DNA of 63,997 nucleotides, the filler included, from Asterionella formosa (taxonomy: Eukaryota), in assembly GCA_002256025.1 (NCBI GenBank). It is 7 parts of 7 records of this genome, joined end to end, with 100 filler letters (N's around TTAATTAATTAA, not from the genome) between each part and the next. Parts side by side here need not be neighbours in the genome. Positions count along the whole stretch, not along the records: positions 19,547 to 29,213 come from NKIB01010348.1; positions 29,314 to 38,965 come from NKIB01010356.1; positions 39,066 to 48,706 come from NKIB01010378.1; 4 more parts are not named here. One strand, 5' to 3'. Below, in pieces: positions 26,171-39,066 of the stretch. Position 1 is the stretch's first letter. Every line of letters begins with the position of its first letter. Position numbers and translations under genes: made by a program. The notes beneath the pieces were generated by a model. That model made no database searches. It was given only the letters and a program-made list of their open reading frames with translations, and had not been told where the DNA came from.

Positions 26171-27745
26171 TCACACTGCTTCACGCTCCTGTCTCTCCCT
26201 TTTGAGAAGATTCTCGAGATAAAATTCTCCCGCTTTGTAGCTGGAACGAACCATGGGACCACTTGCAACGTACTTGAACCCCATTTCCTCTCCAACTTGA
26301 CGGAAGTGTGCAAACTTTTCAGGTCTGACATAATCCACCACGGAGAGGTGGTTTTCTGTTGGCCGAAGATATTGACCAAACGTTACGACATCGACATCAA
26401 TGGCACGAAGGTCCTGGTGTAGACAAATTAACTTGACCATTAGTTGCTTTGCTGACTATCTGCAGGGAGTTGTACCACACGTTGACATACGCACCTTCAT
26501 GGTCTGCAAAACTTCTTCGTCTGTCTCTCCAAGCCCCAACATTATACTTGTCTTCGTGTAAAGATCAGGTTTGATCTTCTTTGCATGCTCCAGCGTTGAT
26601 AGACTCTGCTGATATCCAGCTCTATGGTCACGTACAAACTAGAACATTTGTATTGGAGCACGCACGTGAGTCAATACGACTTCCTTCAAAGTTTCAATAC
26701 TGAATTTAACTTTACCTTTTGTAGTCGTTCAACAGTTTCAACATTGTGAGCGTAGACATCAAGACCTGATGTGGCAAGAGTCTCGACAGAACCCAGCATC
26801 CCCTGAAAATCTGAAACCAGACACTCAACCAATAACTCAGGTTTCTTCTGTTTCAGAAGCTGCACGGTGTAGGCAAAATGTTGCGCTCCTCCATCTGGTA
26901 TATCATCGCGATCAACTGAAGTCAGTACTATGTAGTCGACACCCCATGCTGTCACTGCCTCTGCTGTCTGCAAGGAGGAGGGGGAGGGTTAAGTCAAACA
27001 TAAGATACACCATGGTCGAAAAAATTAAATTCGAACACTTACCTTGAAAGGTTCAAATGGGTCTGGAGGCGGTGGTGTTGCAGCAGTATTAACAGCACAA
27101 AACATACAGCCTCTCGTGCAGGTATCTCCAAGTAGCATGATTGTTCCTGTTCCACCGCTCCAACACTCTCCAATGTTAGGGCACTTCGCTTCTTCACAAA
27201 CTGTGTTGAGATTCAAACCTTTCAATGAATCCTTTACGTGTGTATACCTTGAATCTGTTGCTATAAACGAAAATCGTGAGTTTCACAGTTGGCGTGGATC
27301 ATCCCATCCATCCACCCGCGATGAAACTGACCCCGAAACTGATGCAAAAGGGCTTACCTTGCGATGGTGCTGGAACCCGAAACCACGAAGGGCGTCCATT
27401 TGGCATTTCGGCTCCAACCTACCGTTTGGGTGAGATCATGAAAAATTTATCTTGATACATTGACAGCAAGACATTTACCTTTGGTCGTACAAGGCCATCG
27501 CTGTCTTCATCTCGATCTTTGCCTGGCATTGGAAGCCCTCCACCTCCAGTTGACCCATCCCCCCTTGCAATGAGATATGAAACGTCAGCATTATTTTTCA
27601 TATCAGAGGATGATACATATTTTAAAGTTGATCGAGTGCTGAATGACGAGCGACCTTTGCTACTAGATCGAAAGGCAATGCTGTTGCTGAATGAGAGCAA
27701 CAGGATAACCAAAATTGGCAAGAAATCTTTCATCGGATTCATCAT
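26171..27745 (-). CDS. lipA: Lipoyl synthase (radical SAM), probably plastid-targeted; ~6 exons
   Basis: [12 protein letters not shown] (CX4CX5C), CTRGCMFC (CX3CX2C), TSVDRDD, HNVETV, GQYLRP and GPMVRSSY motifs; N-terminal hydrophobic signal peptide followed by SIA-F and a Ser/Arg-rich transit peptide. Confidence 0.93.
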
Positions 27746-28379
27746 CACAATATTCGTTGCTAGTACAACGTTTTCCGACCTGCTCCTTTCTTTTTGACAC
27801 AGATCAGCTGATCGAATTACCGGTTTACTATCTGGATTGTGTCAAGACTACGTAGGCGTATTCATGAAACAGCAGCCAGGTAAAGCAGCAAACCCCCTTC
27901 CCGAAAGGCGCTGGTGATTATAAGTAATCATCGTCGTCATACATCACATCATAACACGACGTCGCTCTTGCTTCACGTGCGAGTGTTATGAATGTGTACA
28001 AAAAATGACTATGGCTACGGGTTTTCTTGTTACAATACCTGGTACCTCTTCATACCTGTATGTGTAGCTAGATAGCATATCACATTTCGGTTCGTATTTA
28101 CACGTTCTTGATGCCTGCTTTCTTTCCACTAGTTACCAGTAGTTCATACGGCATAAGTGTCACTGGCGGGCGATGGACAGTAGCAAATCACTACAATCGT
28201 CTCTACATACGAATAAGATACATGTGCTCCTGCTCCTGTACGGATGACGTTTTTGTATACCAGAGGAAATTGAAAAATGAATGGAGGAGCTGATTGAGAG
28301 GAAGCAGGGAGAAGACAATATTCATTGTATACAACAAGATGATATTTTCAAATATGCGATCGCATGTGCTGAATCTTTA

Positions 28380-29212
28380 ATCACAAGAATTGAACCGTTA
28401 CATGGGTTACTCTTGAGCTGGTATCTTCATTGACAAGGTGGACAGGGGCATTGTTAGCTATCTAAGAATAAAATAATCTTGCTGTTCTGAGAAGCCATGA
28501 TGTATGCATTCAAATCCAATAGATGCTCATTGAAAATAGCAATTTTCATCCATGCTTTGCTACTTGTCTTGTACACAACTCCAAGGCGGCTCAAATCAAT
28601 GTTATGAAAACAACAAGGTCTCTTGGCATTCCCAATTATGAGCAGCTGTAAGTTTTTCACCAAGTGTATTGCATGTCAAAGCAACTGTAAATCAATCCTT
28701 TGCATATTTCCCCCTTTGCATGATTTTGATACTTGATTGAGCATTGAATTTGGGAGAGCACAATCAAAGTATCCAGTCTCATCCATGTTGAAAATGTCAG
28801 CTGGAGTGTATGCATTGCACAAATTGGCTAACCAATAAAGCTTTCCATTCTTCAGTCTTAACAATGTCTGCATTTCCAGACTCTCCACAAGTAGTATACG
28901 ATTTGACATTGTCTCTTTTTCCGTTGTTAAGCAAGCCATTTGATGCCTTAAAATTATGAGCTGGCTGCTTCAAATGCTTTGGCAATTGACAAAGCTTTGC
29001 TTTGTAGGATGGTGGGTCCACTAATCAGATATCCATTGCGCAAGCAGAACAAAACCATCTCCACAATACTGTGTTGATTTCCGTACCACTATTAAGGCGA
29101 ACCATTTTCATGGATTGCATCGATTCTCCTTCAATCAGTATGTTCTCCTTCCTTTATTGGCTCTTTGAAAAATTCCGATGCTTATGGCAAGTTTAAAAGC
29201 AACTTCTCTTAC
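28380..29212 (-). mobile_element. Decayed pogo/Tigger-type (CENP-B/DDE_1) transposase
   Basis: Fragments NFKASNGLL, CGES, YTPADIFNMDETG, KSCKGG, LLIIGNAKRPCCF, KAWM, KIILFLD lie across several frames. Confidence 0.88.
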
Positions 29213-30349
29213 ANNNNNNNNNNNNNNNNNNNNNNNNNNNNNNNNNNNNNNNNNNNNTTAATTAATTAANNNNNNNNNNNNNNNNNNNNNNNNNNNNNNN
29301 NNNNNNNNNNNNNGTCAATCCATTCTTGTTCCCGCAAGACCAGCAGCAATTATCCTTTTACTTCTCCTCCCAAGAGCCTTCATTTTTCTTTCACAATTGT
29401 CCTGATGTTTGCAGACCGAGAATTTTTAGTTCCCTTTTGGAACGATGACAAAGAAAATCTAATGAGACATGAAAATTACGAAATCAGAATCACTCTGTTG
29501 CTATACATAGACAGTCTCTTGCTTCTATGTGTATATCGCCTGCTATGCTGTATTTCAATTCTAAATGTATTATGTTCTCGTTAGAGTAACAACGATGTAA
29601 CATAGAAGTAGCTTATGCTGTTCTATATTGGATGTTGTTTAGCTATGATTGAGGTTGTAACACTGATCGATGCTCTGGTGACAGACCAACCGGAAATATT
29701 CGTCTTGTGTGATGAGCCATTTCGTTTTCATAAGATTTCTTTTCAAGCTCTTAACGGATTGCATAGGACGAACATACTGTACACTGTAGATGATGATTCA
29801 TCGAAGACATATGATGACTTGAAAGACAAATGAAGATTTTATCACAAACACTCCTCGTTCCTCTCGACAAGGCTGGTTTGTCGTTGTTGCAAGAATAAAT
29901 CAGAGTTAGGACTGGAGAGGATGATGAGCCAAACCATATTAATTTAGCTGGTACAACATTATCCTACCAAGAAATTTATATAAAGGAACCTAAAAGAAAC
30001 AATAGATATGATAATTAAATTTCCATAGTCAAAAGGATTACTATTTAAATTACGAGGTCATTTATCAAATTGATTAGATGATATAACGAAAAATTATGAT
30101 CAGATGATCAAAATCCTATGATGCATCATAGGATTATGATGGCTTTTATTTGCAGACGTCGAGCGCAATGAAGGCAAATCTAGGAATAGACTAGTTAGAA
30201 TGCGCTATAAAAATGATTAAAATATATTAGAGGTTGTGTGGATGAGGTATGATACCAGGTAGCTAGAGTACCTTGTACCAGTAATATTGGTAGTCAAGTG
30301 CCGGTGTAATAATGTTAATACCAGTGGAGGTAATAAAATAAAGCAAGTA

Positions 30350-31550
30350 TGTGCAGTTGGTTAGTTATGACTTTTACAGGGAAAATTTCAATCTGGTTGA
30401 TTGCTGGTGGTTCTCCACAGGCTATCTTTGTAGAGGAATTTTTATGCCTGACATGGAACTTGATGTACCATGTAGACAACAGATAATACTATCTTTATTA
30501 AACAATTGATATGGGTATTCGCTTCTCTCATATTGAGAATGATCAGGATGGATCAAAAACTACAAGCCCAAGTGAACACATATCTTGAAGACTTCACTGT
30601 GTGGCCAATCACTGATTTGTTTGCGTAAATGCATGAGTGTTTACCCAGATATTCTCCAAAAATTCTGAAGGGCCCATATTTCCAGGTGTAAATTAAGAGG
30701 ATTGTTTAGAAAGATACTCAAGCAAACTTTCATGAAGCAAAAGGGGAACTTTCATGGATATGACATTGATGAAATACTAGGCACCCATAGCAAATGAAAA
30801 GGTGCAACAACTTTTGCCTTCAGTGGATTTTCAGCAAACTCATCAAGTGATGCCATTAACAACTGTAGGGTTGGATTCTAGCTAGTTACTAGCTTCAGAG
30901 ATGTTAATATGCTGTATGAGAAAGCAGACTACCATTATGTTGCTAGCGTTTCAGCAGGCTTCCCAATACTCTCAGCTTACTTTGCTGTTTCTGAAACAAA
31001 TTTTTGGGTAAAATGATCATGTTATGATAGTGTCATAGCTACATGATCAGCTAATTCTTGATGGAAAGGAAGGTTCTTGCTCCCCTATGGGTCTTGTTTG
31101 GTGATGTCGTGATTTATCCACAAGTTGTTCTTACTTTTCTACTTGAATGAATTAATCTTGCTTGTTTCATGTATCACATCGAGAATCTACAAAAACTCAG
31201 GAAGTGACATTCATTATCAATGCATTTAGCAGTAGCACTACTGTATACATGAAATGAAATCGCAGAACTTTCAGATTAGGTTGTTGTTCGTCAATTGAAA
31301 ATATTTGTTGCAATTACATTCACAGAAATTCCTCTATTTATGTCGCTCACCTTGCTGCCATAGACTAGAGCAAACGAGAGGGTAATTTCTTCAAATTCGT
31401 CCTAAATTTCTGAGAGATTTGAGAAAATTCTCAATGATGAAACTTATGCTGGTGCACTACTAGCTAGTTTCAGAAATTCAATTAGTGGCCATCACTTAAA
31501 GAATTATTGGGCAAAAGTTCGTTGGGTTGACTGTATGAATAGACAAGAGG
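30350..31550 (+). mobile_element. Decayed Crypton-type (tyrosine recombinase) transposon relic
   Basis: Hand translation gives WNLMYHVDN (~30454), NDQDGSK (~30538), GTHSK*KGATTFAFSG (~30780) and LYEKADYHYVASVSAGFP (~30910), resembling the WNLMCR / KNDQ / GTHSxRKG / YExAGDQYVGR pattern of stramenopile Cryptons; many stops. Confidence 0.6.
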
Positions 31551-32661
31551 CAGCAACAAGGAATCATACAGCATCAAGGCCAACAATCAAGCCCAACAAC
31601 TCTCAACAATCAAAAATCACCATCCTAATTGTTCTTGCATCCTAACTGGCTGGGATCCCGCTTGGCACTGCAGCTTTTGCTTACTGTTTACGGCATAGCA
31701 AGTATGGGAGGATCGAGATGAGAGGAATAAAATTGGTGTATTGACAATCATAACATCAGTTTGAGAATGGCAAAAGGAAAAATGCTGATGCTGCAAATAG
31801 TGAGGAGCAAGCTGTTGGCTGGAAGGATGCATAGAGATGAAGATTATGAAAAGATTGGATGGTTGAGCGAAAAATCGAGATCTCCTGCAATCTTTAATTA
31901 CAAGAGAAAGATTCTATGTTAATCTTGAGCAATGTGAGGGCTGCCTTGGTATTTCTCCTGTTACTGCTCAAGGGAGGAATAGTGGAACAGCACTGCTATT
32001 AGACAAATGCAAGCAAACTGAGAGAAAGTTGTAAACAGTTGTGATAACTTCTAGAAATGCAATCATATTCCATACATTGATTGTGATCAAATGATGGTTA
32101 TTGCCATGATTTTGCAAGGTGATGAAGCATCAGCAAACTTGCAAGAAGTCTAAAGGTTCATTCACTTTCTGTCTATATATTTGAAGAATAACCATCATAT
32201 TCTTGTATTTCTGCATATATGGCTGTGCTAGGTACCCTGCAATATATGCATTCAATTAATAGCAGAAGTGTGCTTCCTATATACGGTATGTACTGCCACA
32301 TCACTTGATTTGTGCCTCCCAGTTTAGTCGTTGCTAAAGTTTGCTAGCTATATACGAGCTAGTCCATGCTACTACTATAGGCTACCTGTATTGCCGGTAC
32401 CAGGGGTACCAGTGCACACAATGCCATATGATGATTGCACTGCATAGTACCTGGTACCAGTAGCTACCTGTTACTGTATACGCACCTCGGAATTGTAAGA
32501 AAGGTGCCATACGTCACACATGAGCATCGTACTTGCGCATACGCACATGGGCGGTATAGCACGTATGATGTGTTATTTATTGTCTACAGCATAAGATACC
32601 GTTATGTAAATGATCTACGCCTAGTAGTGGACTACTTAGACTAGCATAAACCCGGCAGTTC

Positions 32662-32743
32662 AAATCTGTGGGAAATATCGTCCACATTTTTCCGTCCAGT
32701 TGTGGCAGTTACGAAAAATGTGGACGAAATCCACCACAGATTT
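32662..32743. repeat. ~82-nt imperfect inverted repeat (hairpin)
   Basis: aaatctgtgg...tcgtccacatttttc pairs with gaaaaatgtggacga...ccacagattt. Confidence 0.8.
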
Positions 32744-34636
32744 ACGTACAGAAACTACATATGTTCCACATTTTCCTGTACTTCCTGACCGGCTTGTTGT
32801 TCCTATATATATTTAGCTTTAATCTATTCAACCTACTAAATATTGAGACCAATCTGTTTTGCTTATTCTGCCATTGTTTGCTTCTCGTTCGTTTTGATTA
32901 AAGTAAATTTGCTAAAAGTCGTTCTCTTAAAGTGCGTTTGCTTAAAGTAGCAATTTTGCTTATTGTGGCGTCATCATTTCAACGGTGCTGCCATCACATT
33001 CACCAATACCAAACCTACGTAATCATACTGTAGTTAACTATGATACTGAACGCGCACCGGTAAAATATTTGGCGGGTACCTGGTACCTGGTAGTATGTAA
33101 TATGAAGAAGTGAACAATGTCTATTGCATACAGACACTCGATATTATATTTACTATGTATGGCTGGATCCATGCACAAGGTACCTGGTACGATATGTTCC
33201 GGTTCTGGAATATAATTATTTAGCGGAAATACTGCTATTCTTCTGCATATATAATACGCTTTAGTGTAGTAGTACCGGTAGTTGCAAGCGGCTGGAGAAT
33301 CCTTCATCATCATGTTGTTGCAGCGTTGACCATGATGAACATGACGAATATTTCGACGAAAAATGAGAACGACGCTTTCCTTTTTGATACATACATCAAA
33401 CACGACATAGATAAAACAATCCTAATGATACTAATATTGACAACGAAAATTGAAGTCGCCGAAGATACAATATTTCATCTAATTTAGAGATGCGCAATTT
33501 TTAAACGACGATGCTACAAGGAGATATGACACTTTTACAGTGGCTACACAACAAATGAGACTACGACTGCAGTATTAACATGAATAATCGAAGCAAAAGA
33601 TGTGAAATGAGGCTATTATCTACTGAGAATTGATTTTGATTGCGAATGGGCAATTTGTATTTAGTCCTTGTAGAAGCCAGCAAATGTGAAGCATTCGCTC
33701 CTGTGTATGATGTCATCAAAACTGCCGGTAATGCCATATAGTTGTACCAGTAGTAATTTGCAGCAGCCCATTCCTATGTACTGCTACATTTGAAACCCGT
33801 TGATACTACCAGGTGCTTGGCAAGCCATGCATGTGCCAACAGGAGTGTCCTGGTACCGGGGTTACTGGTATCTCAATTTCCTTCCGTAGTGATGTAGGCA
33901 ACATGTAAAAATGAAGTAAGGACTATGTTTGCTAAATTAAAGCAAAATTTTAGTTTAAGAAATTTGTTGCTTAAAGTAGATTTGTTTAAAAGTAGTTTTG
34001 CTTAAGTAGAGTCCATTTATGTAAACTAACATGGTCCCTAAAACTTTAACCCAAAATTATAATTCGTCAGAACCTGTTTTGTCCCTAATTATCTGAATTT
34101 ATCAAGTTTTTTACAGTCGTCTTTATACGGCCTGTGGGTGCGAGCCACTAGAAGTTTCATACTTTGATTTCTTAATGGCTGCCAAGACAGGAAATATTTG
34201 TCAGTTTTGGGAATGAATACACGAAGAAGCAAAATGACCAAAACTTGCAGGTACTCTGAGTCTCAGGTAATCCCTTCTACTGCAAGGCAGACAATCATGT
34301 ATTCCAGCAAGTTACTAGATTTAACAAAATTACAGCAACTATTCCTGCTTGGCTGTCTTGAAATTTTGGACCCTCGCGCTACGAGGTCTATTAAAGTTTA
34401 CGTTCGTCAGCTACATGAAGGTTTACTTCCACTTGGCACAGGTGAAAACGGACTTCAACTTGGTAACTTTGTACAAAAGCTCACTTATTATATTGGTACT
34501 CCTTTGGACACCACTCCTCATCACCCCTCGATATTATGTACTACCGGTACCAGTATTGGCAATTTATGGTATTTGCTTGGTCTGACAGGCATCGATAAGG
34601 GTTGCATCCACAATACTACTTGTGTGAACTTTTTGA

Positions 34637-35823
<1,187 letters not shown>

Positions 35824-35934
35824 AACAAGTTTTCTTCTGCTTTTGTGAAAATGATGAACCGAAGGGTTTCAGAACCAGGACGACGTTGGATGTAGCACGA
35901 GATGATTTGTTCTTATTTCATTGTAAGATTACAT

Positions 35935-37854
35935 TTATATCTGTTGTTTTTCCATGAATTTCTCGTACTTTTTCTGTTGTGCCGAAAATTCCTTAGCTGC
36001 TTTCTTTGATTGATTCTTATTCAAAGGTTCTCCGCCACTGAAATGAGTTGGGAGACCATCCTCACCAAACTGGATATACTTTAATGTCACTCCATCGTCC
36101 AAAGTTAGTTTCTTCATAAATTCCTCTGGAGCCATGGCATTCATGGCATCTTTACAAGCCTTTTCCGCGGCAGCTTTTGCCTTCTCTTCTTCTTTTCGCG
36201 CGAGTTCCAAGTCACGTTGCTCCTTTTCTCGCAACAATTCCTCTGGATCCGCCAACTTCCACACAGACTTGCCCGTCTTGTCTTCTAGACGAATACCCAA
36301 CTTAGGCAGTTCATCATCTCGAAATCTATCGCACTCGCTTAATACACCCATCATATCGCTGCTACGGGCCTTATCACGGACGGCCGATCGAAATTCCATC
36401 AAGGCATTCAGGACAGGTGCCAACGTGTCTTCACGATTGCCAGTAGCCCCGCCAGCATCGAAGCCAATCTCGTCGGTCGACAGCAAACCAAAGATCTTGA
36501 AGATGCGAGTGACATATATAGCCACGTTGCGAACAACCAGATGAACCTTCTCGGGTAGCTCAATGTAAACATTGGTTGCCTTGACAAGTTCGACCAAAGT
36601 GCTAATGACTGTTGGTGTGTCAAAGTCGTCCCTCATTGCAGCATCGACCTTACTTTGTGCGTCTTGCAAGGCAATCTGCAATACCTTAGTCTCTTCGTTC
36701 CATTTCTGCACTTGTTCCAAATTACCTTCTCTTAAAACTGCTTTGACGTTCAAGAAGAATTCCTTAAAAAGTTTTTCAGTTATCATGGCATGCGACATCG
36801 TGTTGTCGCCATAGTCCATAGGTGAATTGTACTTATGCAGCAGAAAGCACAATCGAATCTGCCTCGCTGTATTATGCTCCAAAGCTTGTTGAATTGTAAT
36901 GAAGTTCTTTAAGGACTTTGACATTTTAAACCCCTGAATATGCAAATGGCCGGCGTGCACAAAGTAATTGACCCACTGCGAACATCCACTGTGAGCTTCG
37001 GCTTGCGCCATTTCATTGTCATGATGAGGAAACTTGAGATCAACTCCACCGGAGTGAATATCCATTCTGCAGTCCCCGCTCAGCTTTTCTAGAATGTCAG
37101 TGGCCATTACCGAACATTCAATGTGCCACCCGGGACGGCCAAGACCCCAGGGCGAGACCCAGGAGGGTTCGCCGTCTTTTGACTTCTTCCAGAGCGCAAA
37201 GTCGCGAGACGACTTCTTGTCCGAGCCAAATTCTTGCGCCAGTTTTCCTTCCCCTTCCGCGAGTAGAGCGGCATTATGTATCTGTTCCGGAGCGAGCTTG
37301 CAATAGTGCATGCCGTCCGACTGCTCAAAGGCAGTGACGTGAAAGTACACACTCCCATTCGACGCATAGGCAAGTCCCTTGTCGATGATTTGCTGAATGT
37401 ACGCCACAATTTCCTCCATATACTCTGTGACTCTCGTGAGAACGTCGGGAGGGGCAACACCTAGGTGCTCCATATCGCGGTGGAAGTCAAGCTCGAATTT
37501 CCGACTCAACTGCAAGTGGTGAATGCCTTGCTCGTTGCTTCGCTCAATGATTTTATCGTCAATGTCCGTGATGTTCATAATGAGAGTGACGTCGTAGCCG
37601 AAGAAGTCTTGAAGAATGCGTCGAATGATATCAAAGCCGAGGTAGGTGCGAGCATGTCCCATGTGGGAAGGAGCATAAACGGTTGGTCCGCACATGTACC
37701 AACGAAGCTGCTTTGACCCGTCAATGGTGACGAAAGGATCCTTCGCTCGTGTCAACGAGTTCATTATCTTCAACCCGACATTATGAGTGAGGAATTCACT
37801 GGATGGAGCTTGCCAAGGAGGCAGTTTGGTGCCAGCAGTCGTTAGGTCGGCCAT
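35935..37854 (-). CDS. CARS: Cytosolic cysteinyl-tRNA synthetase, intronless
   Basis: WYMCGPTVY, HMGH (HIGH-like), GRPGWHIECS, DIHSGGVDLKFPHHDNE and KMSKS motifs; eukaryotic C-terminal extension; first ATG at 37854. Confidence 0.96.
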   Translation of the reverse strand: MADLTTAGTKLPPWQAPSSEFLTHNVGLKIMNSLTRAKDPFVTIDGSKQLRWYMCGPTVYAPSHMGHARTYLGFDIIRRILQDFFGYDVTLIMNITDIDDKIIERSNEQGIHHLQLSRKFELDFHRDMEHLGVAPPDVLTRVTEYMEEIVAYIQQIIDKGLAYASNGSVYFHVTAFEQSDGMHYCKLAPEQIHNAALLAEGEGKLAQEFGSDKKSSRDFALWKKSKDGEPSWVSPWGLGRPGWHIECSVMATDILEKLSGDCRMDIHSGGVDLKFPHHDNEMAQAEAHSGCSQWVNYFVHAGHLHIQGFKMSKSLKNFITIQQALEHNTARQIRLCFLLHKYNSPMDYGDNTMSHAMITEKLFKEFFLNVKAVLREGNLEQVQKWNEETKVLQIALQDAQSKVDAAMRDDFDTPTVISTLVELVKATNVYIELPEKVHLVVRNVAIYVTRIFKIFGLLSTDEIGFDAGGATGNREDTLAPVLNALMEFRSAVRDKARSSDMMGVLSECDRFRDDELPKLGIRLEDKTGKSVWKLADPEELLREKEQRDLELARKEEEKAKAAAEKACKDAMNAMAPEEFMKKLTLDDGVTLKYIQFGEDGLPTHFSGGEPLNKNQSKKAAKEFSAQQKKYEKFMEKQQI

Positions 37855-38289
37855 GGTCAATTATAGCAATTACTGAAATGCAAAATTAGCATGGAATCAA
37901 CAGCACTAAGATACGTACCCGGGCGGCTTATCCGTTTGTTGCTATCCCAATGATGTTTCACTGCGGCAGCAGTCCTGTTTGTACGACACATCCTCTACAT
38001 ACGTTGTATGTACTGGAAATTGCCCTCTGCTGATCGGATTTGTACGTCACGTGCATACATAATTCGTGCTGCCACTACCGGTATGATCATACCAGGTACC
38101 AGGTACCTAGCGATACGACCTGTTACTGGTATGTACCTGGTATATACCTCCGAGGATATTTTGTGCGCATGTAGTCAGTAGTGGTACCAGGTACCAGTTA
38201 AAAACTGTAAGACACCATTATTTTACTCCATCTTCGGACTGAAAATTTCTTTAAGTAATAAAACGATCGAAATCTGATGCAAGCACTTA

Positions 38290-38965
38290 GAGCATCGCCA
38301 CAGCATCGACCAAATACCAATCCAATTGAAGTTGCGGGTCATTACACGTCATGATGCGTTGTGTTGGTCGAAAAAGCAAAAAAATTTTAGCCACCGCATC
38401 GACCAAGACCAAATATGCTTTGGTCTTGATCGAGGATGACCCCCTTATCGACCAAATATCAGGTAGTTGGTCGATTAGACTCCGACCGTAGCCAAATAAA
38501 AGGAGCATTTCTATTGGTTTAGATTGTGGCTCGCGCCGGCAAGCTAACGTTTATAGTTCAATGAGTGCATACATAATCACAGTACATTCACTATTGTCTC
38601 TTCATGTAGAACTCTATAGGCCAATGTGATCCTGGGGTGGTGTATACATCATATTGAGTCAACATCATAAACAACAATCATCATTGTCAGGATGGGTTCC
38701 GGTGTCACGTGGGAGAAGGAAGAGGACGAAGCACTCTCTCGGGCCTGGGTAGCTGCAAGTGAAGACGCAATCACTGGGACTGGTCAGAAAGCAAGCAAGT
38801 TTTGGAGCAGGGTATTCGAGATTTATGTTGAGCTTATCCCAGATGGGAAGGATCGCACCTCAACAGCGTGCACTGCTCGATGGGGAACAATCAATCAAGA
38901 TGTGACAAAGTTTTGCGGCCTCTATTCACAGGTTACGTCCATTGCTAAGTCAGGATGGACAGACG
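38290..38965 (+). mobile_element. Left end of a PIF/Harbinger element with its Myb/SANT-like (NAM-associated) ORF starting at 38692, cut by the scaffold end
   Basis: TTA(38287-38289) + GAGCATCGCCAC terminus; repeated subterminal atcgaccaa/ttggtcga motifs; ORF MGSGVTWEKEEDEALSRAWVAASEDAITGTGQKASKFWSRV...RW..INQDVTKFCGLY. Confidence 0.75.
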
Positions 38966-39066
38966 NNNNNNNNNNNNNNNNNNNNNNNNNNNNNNNNNNN
39001 NNNNNNNNNTTAATTAATTAANNNNNNNNNNNNNNNNNNNNNNNNNNNNNNNNNNNNNNNNNNNNA

